Source: Candidatus Peribacteria bacterium (lineage in GTDB: Bacteria; Patescibacteriota; Gracilibacteria; Peribacterales; Peribacteraceae). Taken from it: a DNA stretch of 64,000 nt. The notes beneath the pieces are model-generated. The model searched no databases. It was not told the DNA's origin and saw only the letters and a list, made by a program, of their open reading frames with translations. The position numbers and the translations under genes were made by a program. Positions 42,494 through 52,528 of this stretch are shown piece after piece. The stretch lies in assembly GCA_016866875.1 (NCBI GenBank), contig VGKY01000004.1, positions 7,538 to 71,537 of the forward strand, given 5' to 3'. The first letter of the stretch is position 1. Every line of letters starts with the position of its first letter.

Positions 42494-42645
42494 CCCGAGG
42501 TTGAGAAGGAATCCTCCGCACTCAGGCGAAATGACGCGATAGATCAAGAACCCAAGGACACTATCATCGCATGGACACGCAGCGCTTCCAGAGCGTCCAG
42601 CCTGATAACCTCCGCAAACCCCGCAAGCTTTTCTCCCACTCCCCC

Positions 42646-43353
42646 ATGTCCCCCGTCGCTGTTCCCACTGAAAAAGAGCTTCTCGCTGCCGCGTGCCACA
42701 TCGGTCACCGCAAGGAGAAGTGGAACCCGAAGATGGCGCCCTACCTCTACGGCGTGCACCGCGGAATCCACGTGTTTGACCTAACCCAGACGCGCTCGCA
42801 CCTCGAGCAAGTCTGTGCGGCTCTCCAGAAGCTCCAGGCTGAAGGAAAGACGCTGCTCTTGGTCTCCACGAAGCAGCAAACGATTCCGTTGATTGAGGAG
42901 CTCGGCCAAGTGCTGAAGCAGCCGACAGTGACCAAGAAGTGGATCCCGGGACTTCTCACCAACTGGGGCAACATGAAACGCAGACTCAAGTACTACCTCG
43001 ACCTGCAGCGCTCCTTCCAAACCGGTGAAGTCGAGAAGTACACGAAAAAGGAGCAGATGCAGCTCCGCAAGAAACTCGCCAAGCTCGATGCGGCCCTCTC
43101 AGGGGTGGCGCAGATGACGCAGCTTCCCGACGCCGTGGTCATCGTCGATGCCGTGCGCGATATCGTCGCCGTGCGCGAGGCCAAGAAACTTGGGATTCCG
43201 CTCTACGGAATATGCGACAGCAACGCTGATCCTTCCGACTTCACGCTCTGCATCCCCAGCAACGACGATGCGGTGAAAGCGGTCCTCATCGTGCTCGACA
43301 CGATCCGCAATGCCCTTGCCGATAGCAAGAAAAAGGAAGTATCGAAAGAATAA
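42646..43353 (+). CDS. rpsB: 30S ribosomal protein S2
   Basis: HIGHRKEKWNPKM, WIPGLLTN, AVREAKKLGIP, DSNADP, PSNDDA. Confidence 0.97.
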   Translation: MSPVAVPTEKELLAAACHIGHRKEKWNPKMAPYLYGVHRGIHVFDLTQTRSHLEQVCAALQKLQAEGKTLLLVSTKQQTIPLIEELGQVLKQPTVTKKWIPGLLTNWGNMKRRLKYYLDLQRSFQTGEVEKYTKKEQMQLRKKLAKLDAALSGVAQMTQLPDAVVIVDAVRDIVAVREAKKLGIPLYGICDSNADPSDFTLCIPSNDDAVKAVLIVLDTIRNALADSKKKEVSKE

Positions 43354-43376
43354 TGTTTCACTTTCCATCATCCATT

Positions 43377-44153
43377 ATGACCATCTCCGCAACCGCAGTC
43401 ATGCAGCTTCGCTCCCGCACGGGAGTATCGATCAACGAGTGCAAGAAAGCCCTCGAGGAAGCGCAAGGCAACGAAGAGAAAGCCATCGAAATCCTGCGCA
43501 AGCGGGGCATCGCGACGGCTGCGAAGAAAGCCGGACGCGACCAGCAGGAAGGCCTCGTCTTCATCGAGCAGTCTGGCAACAGGGCTGCCTCAGTCGTCCT
43601 GAAATGCGAAACGGACTTCGTTGCCCGTGACAGCAACTTCCAGAGCGTCGGCAAAGCGATCGCCGTGGCGCTGCTCTCCGACGGCAAGGACGCTGCGCAG
43701 AGTGTTGCGGACGAACAGATCCCGGCGGCAGTGCAGAAGCTCGGGGAGAACATTTCACTCGGAGAACTCAGTCTCGTTGAGGCTCCGGTCGTGGGCGTCT
43801 ATGTCCACAGCAACAGCAAAATCGGCGTGGTCGTCGGGCTCGAGGGCGGAACAGAGGTGATGGCTCGTGACGTCGCAATGCACGGCGCAGCCCTCAATCC
43901 CCTCTACGTTCGACCGGAAGATGTGGACACGTCCACGCTGGAGAAAGAGCGCGAGATCTGGCGCGAGCAACTGAAGAAGGAGGGCAAGCCTGAAGCCATC
44001 TGGGACAAGATCCTGATGGGCAAGGAGAAGAAGTTTCGGGAAGAAAATGCGTTGCTCACACAGCCCTTTGTCAAAGATCCGGGAAAGACCGTCCAGACCT
44101 TTCTGGGTAAGGCTGTCCTCCAATCCTACCTACGAGCCTCCGCGGGTAAGTGA
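43377..44153 (+). CDS. tsf: Elongation factor Ts
   Basis: LRSRTG..CKKAL, CETDFVA, KLGENI, DVAMH, LLTQPFVKD. Confidence 0.97.
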   Translation: MTISATAVMQLRSRTGVSINECKKALEEAQGNEEKAIEILRKRGIATAAKKAGRDQQEGLVFIEQSGNRAASVVLKCETDFVARDSNFQSVGKAIAVALLSDGKDAAQSVADEQIPAAVQKLGENISLGELSLVEAPVVGVYVHSNSKIGVVVGLEGGTEVMARDVAMHGAALNPLYVRPEDVDTSTLEKEREIWREQLKKEGKPEAIWDKILMGKEKKFREENALLTQPFVKDPGKTVQTFLGKAVLQSYLRASAGK

Positions 44154-44164
44154 TCGTCCGAAGA

Positions 44165-44523
44165 TCAGTCGAGCAGATCCTGCACTTTCGCGAGGAGCTG
44201 CTTTATCGTCTTCTCTCGCTTGACCAGGTATGCGTCGACGCCAAGAGCTTCCTCGCGCGCCGTGGTGTGTGTCACTGAAGCTTTTCAGCGCGATGACGCT
44301 AAACGTACGGCTCTCCTTGGGAAACTGCTTTAACACCTGAAAACCGTCCATCATGGGAATCTGGAAATCCAGAATCAGTTCTGCGGCGGGGTGCGCACGG
44401 ATAGCAGCCACTGCCTCCTCATCATTGCACACCGCACGCACAGGAAGGCCAGCGACAGCAAACTTCTTCAGATAGACCTGTCTGAGCACCAAGGCATCCT
44501 CGGCATCAGGATACCTATGGCAT
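44165..44523 (-). pseudogene. Frameshifted copy of the adjacent response regulator
   Basis: AEDALVLRQVYLKKF..ILDFQIPMMDGFQVL in one frame; EALGVDAYLVKREKTIKQLL..LLD* in another after GACACACAC; a second shift near the 5' end. Confidence 0.8.
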
Positions 44524-44545
44524 CTATACAGGGCAGTCTAGCACC

Positions 44546-44932
44546 TTACGTGCTCCACATCCTTTTGGCCTTGAGAAGCGTCTCGACCATAGTGAGGAGT
44601 GACTTGATGGTCATTTCACTCTTCACGAAGTAATCGTCTGCACCAAGCTCGTTACCGAGCTTCTTATTACTCTCTTCGTCATAGTTCGTAAGCATGATCA
44701 CCGGAAAGGAACGGCTGGCGCGCGGAAACTTCCTGAGTACACCGAATCCGTCGAGCACCGGCATGTGCACGTCGAGGATCGCAAAATCGGGGGCTTTCTG
44801 CGTGATGAGGGCTACAGCCTCCTCGCCGTTTTGGGCAATGCGAATGTCGTAGCCTGAAAGCGTGAACTTCTTCTGGTAGACCTCCCGAAGGACGGCGTCA
44901 TCTTCCGCGATGACGATATTGAACTTGTCCAT
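44546..44932 (-). CDS. Single-domain response regulator (CheY-like)
   Basis: IAEDD, ILDVHMPVLDG, MLTN, GADDYFVK. Confidence 0.93.
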   Translation of the reverse strand: MDKFNIVIAEDDAVLREVYQKKFTLSGYDIRIAQNGEEAVALITQKAPDFAILDVHMPVLDGFGVLRKFPRASRSFPVIMLTNYDEESNKKLGNELGADDYFVKSEMTIKSLLTMVETLLKAKRMWST

Positions 44933-44982
44933 TAATATACATTATACGCTATTTTCCGAATTTTTGCAATAGTCGCTTGTGC

Positions 44983-46023
44983 CTAAAGGCCCACGGAAGC
45001 GAGTATGCGCGTCAGCCAACGCAAACGCGGGGCACTGAGAATTGGGGTGCTGTGGAGCAAGTCTTCGCGAACGGTTTCACGGACACTGCGAAGAACTCGA
45101 GTATGCCTACCGGAAAGCAGTACATTCACCTCTCCCATACCATCGATAGAAGTAGTCATCAGATTTGCCGATCCGATAAACGCCCGCTCGCGGTCGACGA
45201 GGATCAGCTTTCCATGAAGCATGACAGGATAACGAAAGATCTGGATGCGTTCCGGGTCGCCATGTTTCAGGAGCTCCGCAATGGAAATGGCGTTGGCATT
45301 CTGAAACAGATCCGATTCGCCCGGCAGAATGATGCGGACATGCACACCACGTTTGCTCGCGTCGCAGAGCTGTCGGAGAACCGAAGAATCGGAAAGATAT
45401 GCCTGTTCTAGAATCAACTCGCGCTTTGCCGATCGCAAAAGCTCCGAAAGAACTGTGCGAATGGCATGCCCATGGGGACCGTTCACAACGAGACGCACGC
45501 GATCACTCGATGCACTATGTCGAGATCCGGAAAGATATTCTTCGATGAATCTCCTTCCGCGAAGTTCCACGAGAAAATCGTGCCACCGGTAGCGGTATAC
45601 ATCGGCAATATTCATGCCCCCAATGAGTATAGTCTCGTCATCAACGATAAAGACTTTGGCATGATTACGCTCTGGTGCGGTATCTACCGTAATGCGAGGG
45701 TGTGCCCAAAATCGCCGCCAAATACCGCGGACTTCGCTCTTCGTCGTCACAAAGTCCCTGTCGAGCTCAAAAAGATCTCCAGCAGTGTCCTTGGTGATAC
45801 GCACATGCACGCCGCGATCCGCGGCCTCGACGAGGCGCTCGGCGATTGCTCTTCCCGTCACGTCGTCGACCCAAATGAACATGTGGATAGCGATCGTATG
45901 GCGCGCCGATCGCAAGAGTTGTTCGATGCGCGCAAACGCCCGTTCGCCATCCACGTAGAAGCACGCCTCGCGCCTGCGCGCGACGGATCCGAACTGCGGA
46001 CGCGCATGGGTGAGAAGCATCAT
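44983..46023 (-). CDS. Phospholipase D / cardiolipin-synthase-like protein
   Basis: Two HKD motifs: HAKVFIVD..GGMN and HGKLILVD..GSAN; start approximate. Confidence 0.9.
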   Translation of the reverse strand: MMLLTHARPQFGSVARRREACFYVDGERAFARIEQLLRSARHTIAIHMFIWVDDVTGRAIAERLVEAADRGVHVRITKDTAGDLFELDRDFVTTKSEVRGIWRRFWAHPRITVDTAPERNHAKVFIVDDETILIGGMNIADVYRYRWHDFLVELRGRRFIEEYLSGSRHSASSDRVRLVVNGPHGHAIRTVLSELLRSAKRELILEQAYLSDSSVLRQLCDASKRGVHVRIILPGESDLFQNANAISIAELLKHGDPERIQIFRYPVMLHGKLILVDRERAFIGSANLMTTSIDGMGEVNVLLSGRHTRVLRSVRETVREDLLHSTPILSAPRLRWLTRILASVGL

Positions 46024-46273
46024 CCGCAATCCGTAGAAAATCCTCATGCCATGGATGGATTTGACCCGTGTGTGGCGGCGTCGGATATAGGCGCCCGCAC
46101 TGCGAAGGATGGAACGTCGGCCGCGGTAGGAGAGCAGCTTGCGCAGAAACACCCGCATACCGTATCGCGGTTCGGCCCCGGAAGCATCGGAAATCGCTCG
46201 TTGATCTCCGCAGATCGGCTCCAGATGGACGGGCAGTGAAGCCTGTTTTCTGGTATAATGGTACGATACGCCC

Positions 46274-48757
46274 ATGGAGAACCTCCTCCTCGCTCTGACG
46301 GCAGTGCTCGGTATCGGCGCGTGCAGTGCCATAGGGGTGCTGTGGCTACGTGCGATCGCCGATCGACGCAGGGAGCGCGAACTCGTTTTTCTTCAGGTGG
46401 TGATGCCGAAGAAGGAAAGCAAGGAGGACAAGGAACTTGAGTCTGAGCAGTTTTCCTCCGGGAGGGATTTCCGCGAGGTCATCGGCGTCATGGACCACCT
46501 CTTTCAATCCCTCAGCAGCATTTGCAGCACCAAGATCTCCAGTCTGTGGCGAGGACAGGAATTTTTCGCATTGGAGTACGCCGCGCTCGCAGGGGAAATC
46601 CTCTTCTACGTCGTCGTACCGCGGCGCATCGTGCACCTGGTCGAAAAGCAGATTACATCGTTTTACCCGGATGCCATCATCGACACGGTCGAGGACTACA
46701 ACATTTTCACCGACGCGTCCGTCGTCGCGGCGCAGCAGCTGATCGCGAATCAGCGCTTTTCCTCCTCCATCAAAACCTACCAGCAGCTTAAAAGTGACCC
46801 GCTCAATACGATCACCAACGCCTTCTCAAAATTCAAGGTCGACGAGGGGGCTGCCGTACAGATCGTTCTGCGTCCTGTGAAAACAGGATGGCAAAAGAAG
46901 CTGCAGAGGGAAGCGCAACGCATCATCAATCCGAAGAAGGGCGGCGGAGGATCACTCATCAATCCCCTCACATGGATCGCCGCCATTCTCGAAATGTTCA
47001 CCGGAAGCAAATCGGAGGAACTCGAGAAGGAGCATGCGACAGGCGAGCGCGTTTCGCAGATGGTGGAGGAGTACAGCAAATCCATCGACGAAAAAGCGGG
47101 AAACCCGGGTTTCGTTGCCGTCATCCGGATTCTGACATCCGCGGAAAACTCTACGCGCGCGCACCAGCTTCTCGACGGAATCACGGCTTCCTTCGGGCAA
47201 TTCACCCAAATGCAAGGCAATGGATTTCGCACCATGCGCATACCAAACCGACGGCAGATCATCGCGCGCTTCGTCCGCCGCACCCCTCGTCGCACACTCT
47301 CCGCCATGCTCACCAGCCCTAAGATGCTCCTGGGTACCGGTGAGCTCTCCAGCTTGTGGCACTTCCCAAATATCAAGTACAACAAAGTGGAAACGATCAA
47401 GTGGCAGAACTACAAGCTGGCTGCCGCACCAAAAGGCATACCGCAAGACGAAGGTCTCTTCCTCGGCATGAACGTCTACCGCGGCGAGAAGCGAAAGATT
47501 CATATGAAAAACGAGGATCGCTTCCGGCACTTCTACATCATCGGTCAAACCGGTACGGGAAAGTCATCGATCATCCAGCTAATGGCGCGCCAAGATTTTC
47601 ACAATGGCAAAGGCGTATGCATCGTCGACCCGCACGGATCGCTTATCGAAGATGTGATGCCCTACATCCCAAGAGAGCGCGCCAACGACGTGATCTACTT
47701 CAACCCGGCGGACATGGAACGGCCGATGGGCTTAAACCTCCTTGAGGGAAAAACGCCGGAGGAACGCGACCTCATCGCTCTCGACGCCATGAACATGATG
47801 GTGAAGATGTTCGGCGAGGAGATCTTCGGCCCGCGCATCCAAGACTACTTTAGAAACGGGTGCCTCACGCTCATGGAAGACGAAGAGGAAGGCGGTGCCA
47901 TCACGGATCTCGTCAAGCTCTTCACCGATGACGATTGGCAGAAGTACAAAGTGAGCAAGGTGAAAAATCCCATCGTGCGCTCGTTCTGGGAAAAGCAGAT
48001 GGCCATGACGGGACAGCGTGAGAAGCAGGAAATGATCCCCTACTTCGCCGCGAAGTTCGGTCAGTTCTACACCAACACCCTGATCCGCAACATCGTGGGA
48101 CAAACCAAGAGTGCGTTCGATATCGCCGACTGCATGAATACGGGAAAGATCTTGCTCATGAATCTCAGCAAAGGTCTTGTTGGAGACATCAACTCACAGC
48201 TCCTCGGTATGATCGTCGTCAATAAGATTCAGGTTGCCGCCATGCGCCGACAGCGCATGGAGAGCGCAGCGCGCCGCGACTACTTCCTCTACATCGACGA
48301 ATTCCAGAACTTCGTGACGCCGTCGATCGAATCCATCCTCTCCGAGGCTCGAAAGTACCGACTCGGTCTCATCCTCGCGCACCAGTACCTCGACCAGCTC
48401 GAGAAGGAAAGCAAACTCGCGGGCGCCGTGAGTCTCAAGGGCGCGATTTTCGGAAACGTCGGCACCATGATGTTTTACAAGATCGGTCCCCAGGACGCGG
48501 AAGTTTGCGCCAAAGAAATGGCGCCAGTGTTCTCCGAGCAAGACCTCGTCAACATGGATGCCTTCAAGGGCGCCATGAAGCTTTCAGTCGATGGACAACC
48601 CAGCCGCCCGTTCAGCATCGATGTCCCCCGCCCCTGGACAGAGACGACCTACCCAAAAGACGCGCAAGCTGCCGAGGCATTCAAGCAATTGAGTCGCCTG
48701 ACCTATGGTAGGCAAAGGGATTTCGTGAGCAGGGAGATTTTGAGGAGGATTGGATAG
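46274..48757 (+). CDS. TraD/VirD4/HerA-like membrane-anchored ATPase (paralogue 2)
   Basis: N-terminal TM, RHFYIIGQTGTGKS, VDPHGSL, LYIDEFQNF, ILSEARKY, FGNVGT. Confidence 0.9.
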   Translation: MENLLLALTAVLGIGACSAIGVLWLRAIADRRRERELVFLQVVMPKKESKEDKELESEQFSSGRDFREVIGVMDHLFQSLSSICSTKISSLWRGQEFFALEYAALAGEILFYVVVPRRIVHLVEKQITSFYPDAIIDTVEDYNIFTDASVVAAQQLIANQRFSSSIKTYQQLKSDPLNTITNAFSKFKVDEGAAVQIVLRPVKTGWQKKLQREAQRIINPKKGGGGSLINPLTWIAAILEMFTGSKSEELEKEHATGERVSQMVEEYSKSIDEKAGNPGFVAVIRILTSAENSTRAHQLLDGITASFGQFTQMQGNGFRTMRIPNRRQIIARFVRRTPRRTLSAMLTSPKMLLGTGELSSLWHFPNIKYNKVETIKWQNYKLAAAPKGIPQDEGLFLGMNVYRGEKRKIHMKNEDRFRHFYIIGQTGTGKSSIIQLMARQDFHNGKGVCIVDPHGSLIEDVMPYIPRERANDVIYFNPADMERPMGLNLLEGKTPEERDLIALDAMNMMVKMFGEEIFGPRIQDYFRNGCLTLMEDEEEGGAITDLVKLFTDDDWQKYKVSKVKNPIVRSFWEKQMAMTGQREKQEMIPYFAAKFGQFYTNTLIRNIVGQTKSAFDIADCMNTGKILLMNLSKGLVGDINSQLLGMIVVNKIQVAAMRRQRMESAARRDYFLYIDEFQNFVTPSIESILSEARKYRLGLILAHQYLDQLEKESKLAGAVSLKGAIFGNVGTMMFYKIGPQDAEVCAKEMAPVFSEQDLVNMDAFKGAMKLSVDGQPSRPFSIDVPRPWTETTYPKDAQAAEAFKQLSRLTYGRQRDFVSREILRRIG

Positions 48758-48786
48758 ATGGAATACGAAGATCTGGTGGGTTATCC

Positions 48787-48815
48787 GCAGAGACGTGCCG
48801 CCGGCACGTCTCTAC
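48787..48815 (-). repeat. GTAG-type REP
   Basis: GTAGAGACGTGCCGGCGGCACGTCTCTGC. Confidence 0.9.
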
Positions 48816-49103
48816 AGTATCCGTTTCAATGACCGGCAAGATTTCCATAATCATATGGACATGGTTTGGCATGACAACCCACACATCAACCAAAACATTA
48901 CCCCGCAACAATGATGTCCTTTGTATCTCGCCCTCCACCATCTTTCCAACAGCATTCAACACCATCCTTTCCTCCTGCACTTCCCCAAACCAATGCTTTA
49001 GTCCCCTGGTACACACCGTGACGAGGTACATTCCGGCCTCCGCATAATCTTTGCCACATAACCGCGCCGATGGAATACGGTCCGTCTTACGGAAGAGCCT
49101 CAT
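48787..49103 (-). pseudogene. Truncated REP-associated tyrosine transposase (RAYT/TnpA-REP)
   Basis: SARL..DY..G.YLVTVCT..FG..VMPNHVH (HUH); reading runs into a REP and lacks the C-terminal half. Confidence 0.85.
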
Positions 49104-49175
49104 CCCCTTATCATCAATACCTGGACACTCTCTGTCAGCTGTACATACGTACACCTAAAAATCCACTATGCATCG

Positions 49176-49204
49176 GTAGAGACGCGACGGCGTCGCGTCT
49201 CTCC
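49176..49204 (+). repeat. GTAG-type REP
   Basis: GTAGAGACGCGACGGCGTCGCGTCTCTCC. Confidence 0.9.
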
Positions 49205-49231
49205 TGGAAATCCAATGGTAGATACGTCCTA

Positions 49232-50410
49232 TCACCGCAAAGCAATTTTCTGTACCGGAACCGCATGTACGAGGTAGCGCTCAGAGATGCTATCGGGCGG
49301 CCAGCAGGTGTAAAGAATGAGCTCCTCGCCTTTACCGTCGTCATTGTAGCGCGAGGTATCTCCGGCTGGCACGGACTCTCCGTGGGTGACCTCGTACATA
49401 TGGAGCTTCCCGTCGTAAGTCACGTAGACCTTTTCACCGGTCTTCAGCTCGTTGATCCTACGAAAGATCTTCGTGTACTGCGACTTGTCCCAAGGATACC
49501 CCGAGCTATGCCCATAAATGAGGACCTTGCCCCCACCCCCCGGGAAGCTGAAGAGATGGCCGACCCCGTTTTGCAGAGGCTCCAGCACGCCCTGACTCGT
49601 GAAAGGATCCGAGGGATGGATGACGGCGAGATCGCTGATGCCGATACTCGGCATGGAGATGGCGAAGTACTTCTGCGATGCGTATTGCAGAGTCTGTACA
49701 GCAGCAACGGCAATCTGCGGGCGTGATGCAACAATCGCGGGAGGTGGGGAAGTCTCTGGTCCTGAGAATGCTGTCTGGCGTTTTGCTGTGAGGTCGTGCA
49801 TGCGGTACGCCATGGCGAAAAATGCACCGCGGGTGATGGGAGTGCCGAGCCTAAGGCGCGCTGCATGCATCACAATATTTTTTTCTATGGAAGCGTTCAC
49901 GTACGGGGTGAACCACTGGTTGTCACGGTTTTCGATCGAGGGAGAGAGTGTTGCACTCGCCCCCTGGGCCTTCTCTCCATAGGCTCTCAAAAGCATGGTG
50001 ACTGCCTCTTCGACTGTCACCGGGTTTGCCGGGCGGAACGTGCCGTCGGGGTACCCCGTGATGATCTTGCGCTCGAAGGCAGCCTCGACATACGGCGCGT
50101 ACCAGCTCTTCTGGTCGACATCGGAGAAGAGGGGCAGCGGAGGCATAGCGATACGAAGACGTTTGACGAGGGACCTATCTTCGCTGCGCATGCTGAGGAT
50201 CACCTTGAGGAGCTCTGCCCGGTTGATGCTGGCATAGGGTCGACCGGAGCCGTCTGCATACCCCGACACGATGCCTTCCTTCGAGAGGTACGCGTAGACC
50301 GTGGCGTAGGGGGTAGCCTGGACATCCAAAAACGTTGCAGCCTGCGCACTGATGGCAGTCGGCAACATCGCGAGAATGGCCGCGAATGCAAGAGCTCTGC
50401 GAGAAAGCAT
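49232..50410 (-). CDS. SLH-domain / sortase fusion
   Basis: Signal peptide, three SLH repeats (GYADGSGRP..INRAE; GYPDGTFRP..VTVEE), sortase YGHSS, LYTCWP, ERY. Confidence 0.9.
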   Translation of the reverse strand: MLSRRALAFAAILAMLPTAISAQAATFLDVQATPYATVYAYLSKEGIVSGYADGSGRPYASINRAELLKVILSMRSEDRSLVKRLRIAMPPLPLFSDVDQKSWYAPYVEAAFERKIITGYPDGTFRPANPVTVEEAVTMLLRAYGEKAQGASATLSPSIENRDNQWFTPYVNASIEKNIVMHAARLRLGTPITRGAFFAMAYRMHDLTAKRQTAFSGPETSPPPAIVASRPQIAVAAVQTLQYASQKYFAISMPSIGISDLAVIHPSDPFTSQGVLEPLQNGVGHLFSFPGGGGKVLIYGHSSGYPWDKSQYTKIFRRINELKTGEKVYVTYDGKLHMYEVTHGESVPAGDTSRYNDDGKGEELILYTCWPPDSISERYLVHAVPVQKIALR

Positions 50411-50418
50411 GGAATGCT

Positions 50419-50447
50419 ATTTTAAGTATTTATTGTTTTTATGTCAA
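50419..50447 (-). promoter_or_regulatory. sigma70 promoter of the sortase gene
   Basis: TTGACA-17 nt-TAAAAT, 8 nt before the ATG. Confidence 0.8.
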
Positions 50448-50607
50448 ATTCTTCGTATTGGCCAATGGTTTGCATTATTGCTGGAAATAAGGATGGTGTT
50501 CTCTTACAGTACCCCGGCATGGCATTCCAGATTGGAATTGTCTCCCTTCGTCCCACAGTAGCGGGACTACGGAGGGGCAAGTCGGCCTTCCACACCTCCC
50601 TATCATC

Positions 50608-51702
50608 ATGGCTTTAACGATTGGTATAGTAGGATTACCCAACGTCGGCAAATCAACGCTTTTCAATGCGCTCACGCGTACAAAGGCGGCGCAAGCGGCC
50701 AACTACCCTTTCTGCACGATTGAACCCAATATCGGCATTGTCGAAGTTCCCGATGAACGACTAAAAGTGCTCGCCGAAATGGTCAAACCCGAAAAGGTGA
50801 TCCCCGCCGCCGTGGAATTCGTCGACATCGCGGGACTCGTGAAAGGCGCAAGTACAGGAGAAGGACTCGGCAATGCTTTTCTCAGTCATATCCGCGAAGT
50901 GAACGCCATCTGTCATCTGGTACGCGGTTTTGAAGGAGGCGACGTCATCCACGTCGAGGGATCGGTGGACCCGAAGCGCGACCGCGAGATCATCGAAGCC
51001 GAGCTCGCATTGTCTGACCTTCAAACGGTAATCAAGAGGATCGATAAAGAGCAGGGACCTGCGCGCACAGGAAACAAGGACGCAAAACTTTCGCTGGCTC
51101 TTCTGGAAACAATCAAGCAAGGACTGGAGAAAGGCATTCTCGCTTCGGCAATGGAGCTCAGCGATGAAGAAAGGATCCAGCTGAAGAGCTTTCAGCTGCT
51201 CACCGGAAAGCCTATGGTCTACGGCGTCAACGTCGCAGAGTCAGAGCTTAGCGATGCAGAGCACGATACTTGGAAAGGCAAGCTCGGCCTCAGCGCCGCT
51301 ACCCCTCTCGTGGTGATCTCCGCCAAAATCGAGGAGGATCTCAGCGATCTCGGCCCCGAGGAGGCTCGGGAGTACCTCAGCTCGCTTGGCGTAACCTCTT
51401 CGGGTCTCGACCGCCTCATCGCCGCCGCCTACGACGCTCTTGGCTACATCACCTACTTCACGGCAGGCCCCAAAGAGGTGCGCGCGTGGACGATCACCAA
51501 GGGAATGACTGCGCCTGAAGCAGCGGGGGTGATCCATAGCGACTTCGAGAAGGGATTCATCCGCGCTGAGACCATATCGTATAAAGATTTTGTTCAATAT
51601 GAAGGTGAGCTGGGAGCCAAAAATGCTGGCAAGATGCGCGCGGAGGGAAAAACCTACATCGTCCAGGATGGCGATGTGATGCATTTCCGGTTCGCCAACT
51701 GA
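50608..51702 (+). CDS. ychF: Obg-family ATPase YchF
   Basis: [49 protein letters not shown]. Confidence 0.98.
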   Translation: MALTIGIVGLPNVGKSTLFNALTRTKAAQAANYPFCTIEPNIGIVEVPDERLKVLAEMVKPEKVIPAAVEFVDIAGLVKGASTGEGLGNAFLSHIREVNAICHLVRGFEGGDVIHVEGSVDPKRDREIIEAELALSDLQTVIKRIDKEQGPARTGNKDAKLSLALLETIKQGLEKGILASAMELSDEERIQLKSFQLLTGKPMVYGVNVAESELSDAEHDTWKGKLGLSAATPLVVISAKIEEDLSDLGPEEAREYLSSLGVTSSGLDRLIAAAYDALGYITYFTAGPKEVRAWTITKGMTAPEAAGVIHSDFEKGFIRAETISYKDFVQYEGELGAKNAGKMRAEGKTYIVQDGDVMHFRFAN

Positions 51703-51705
51703 GCC

Positions 51706-52032
51706 ATGACCTTCATCGCCCGCCAGGAACCGTTTACGTGTGAGCACTGCAAAGCGGCCGTGCAGGAATTGGACAACGGCTCCTACCGCAACCACTGTCC
51801 GCTGTGCCTCTTCTCGAAACATGTCGACGAAGTGGGTCCAGGGGACCGGAATTCCACGTGCCTTGGTCTTATGGAACCTCTCCGCATAGACCAGCACCCC
51901 AAGAAAGGGTGGATGATCGTCCACCAGTGTCTGAAGTGCAGCAAAGAAATGCGTAACCGCACTGCTCCCGATGACGACGTTATTGGCTTTGCAGAGAGAC
52001 AGGTGAAGAAATTCTTTGCGAAGAATCCTTAA
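51706..52032 (+). CDS. RNHCP domain protein
   Basis: FTCEHC..YRNHCPLCLFSKHVD..PGDR..C..HQCLKC. Confidence 0.93.
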   Translation: MTFIARQEPFTCEHCKAAVQELDNGSYRNHCPLCLFSKHVDEVGPGDRNSTCLGLMEPLRIDQHPKKGWMIVHQCLKCSKEMRNRTAPDDDVIGFAERQVKKFFAKNP

Positions 52033-52228
52033 GGATGAAATAAAATTTTGTTCACATTCCAGCGCTCCTGCAAGGGCTAATTGTCTATGAACACTTGCGA
52101 ATGAACTTCTCGATAACATAGGATTGCGTTCTCATGCGCGTGCTGCTTCTCATCAGTATGTTCGGCTTGTTGTTCATTTCGGTGTGACTTTCGAGGGATC
52201 TCACCTTGCTCCATTGTATTTTTGCATA

Positions 52229-52424
52229 GGCGGAGGGATCCGCCGCCACGGGGCCTGCCTGCCGGCAGGCAGGGGTGAAGGGGGAGGCTCTGCTACGTCA
52301 TCGAGACGCAAATGCCGAAGCCTTGGTGGCATTTTCGGCGAGATACAGAGCCAAGTGGAGGGGCTTTGGCGGCGGTGCGCTTTTCTTTCCTCCTTTCTTT
52401 TGTCGGGTAGACAAAAGAAAGGAG
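52229..52424. other. Highly structured non-coding element (MITE-like or ncRNA)
   Basis: Nested stems 52240-48/52367-75 and 52286-92/52346-52, perfect 20-bp palindrome 52254-73, 15-bp hairpin 52390-52424. Confidence 0.65.
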
Positions 52425-52499
52425 AATGTTCACATCCAATCGATGCCACACGCATATAGATGCAGCTTTCTCCCAGCGCTGCTGGGATAAATTGTCATG

Positions 52500-52528
52500 A
52501 CGGAGACGTACCAACGCTACGTCTCTAC
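52500..52528 (-). repeat. GTAG-type REP supplying the stop codon of the upstream gene
   Basis: GTAGAGACGTAGCGTTGGTACGTCTCCGT. Confidence 0.85.

Noticed and set aside
52229-52424. RNase P RNA, tmRNA or SRP RNA
   Set aside because: No GAGGAAAGTCC-type P4 signature (only GGAGGAAAGAAAA on the minus strand), no tRNA-like ends and no SRP core motif recognised.
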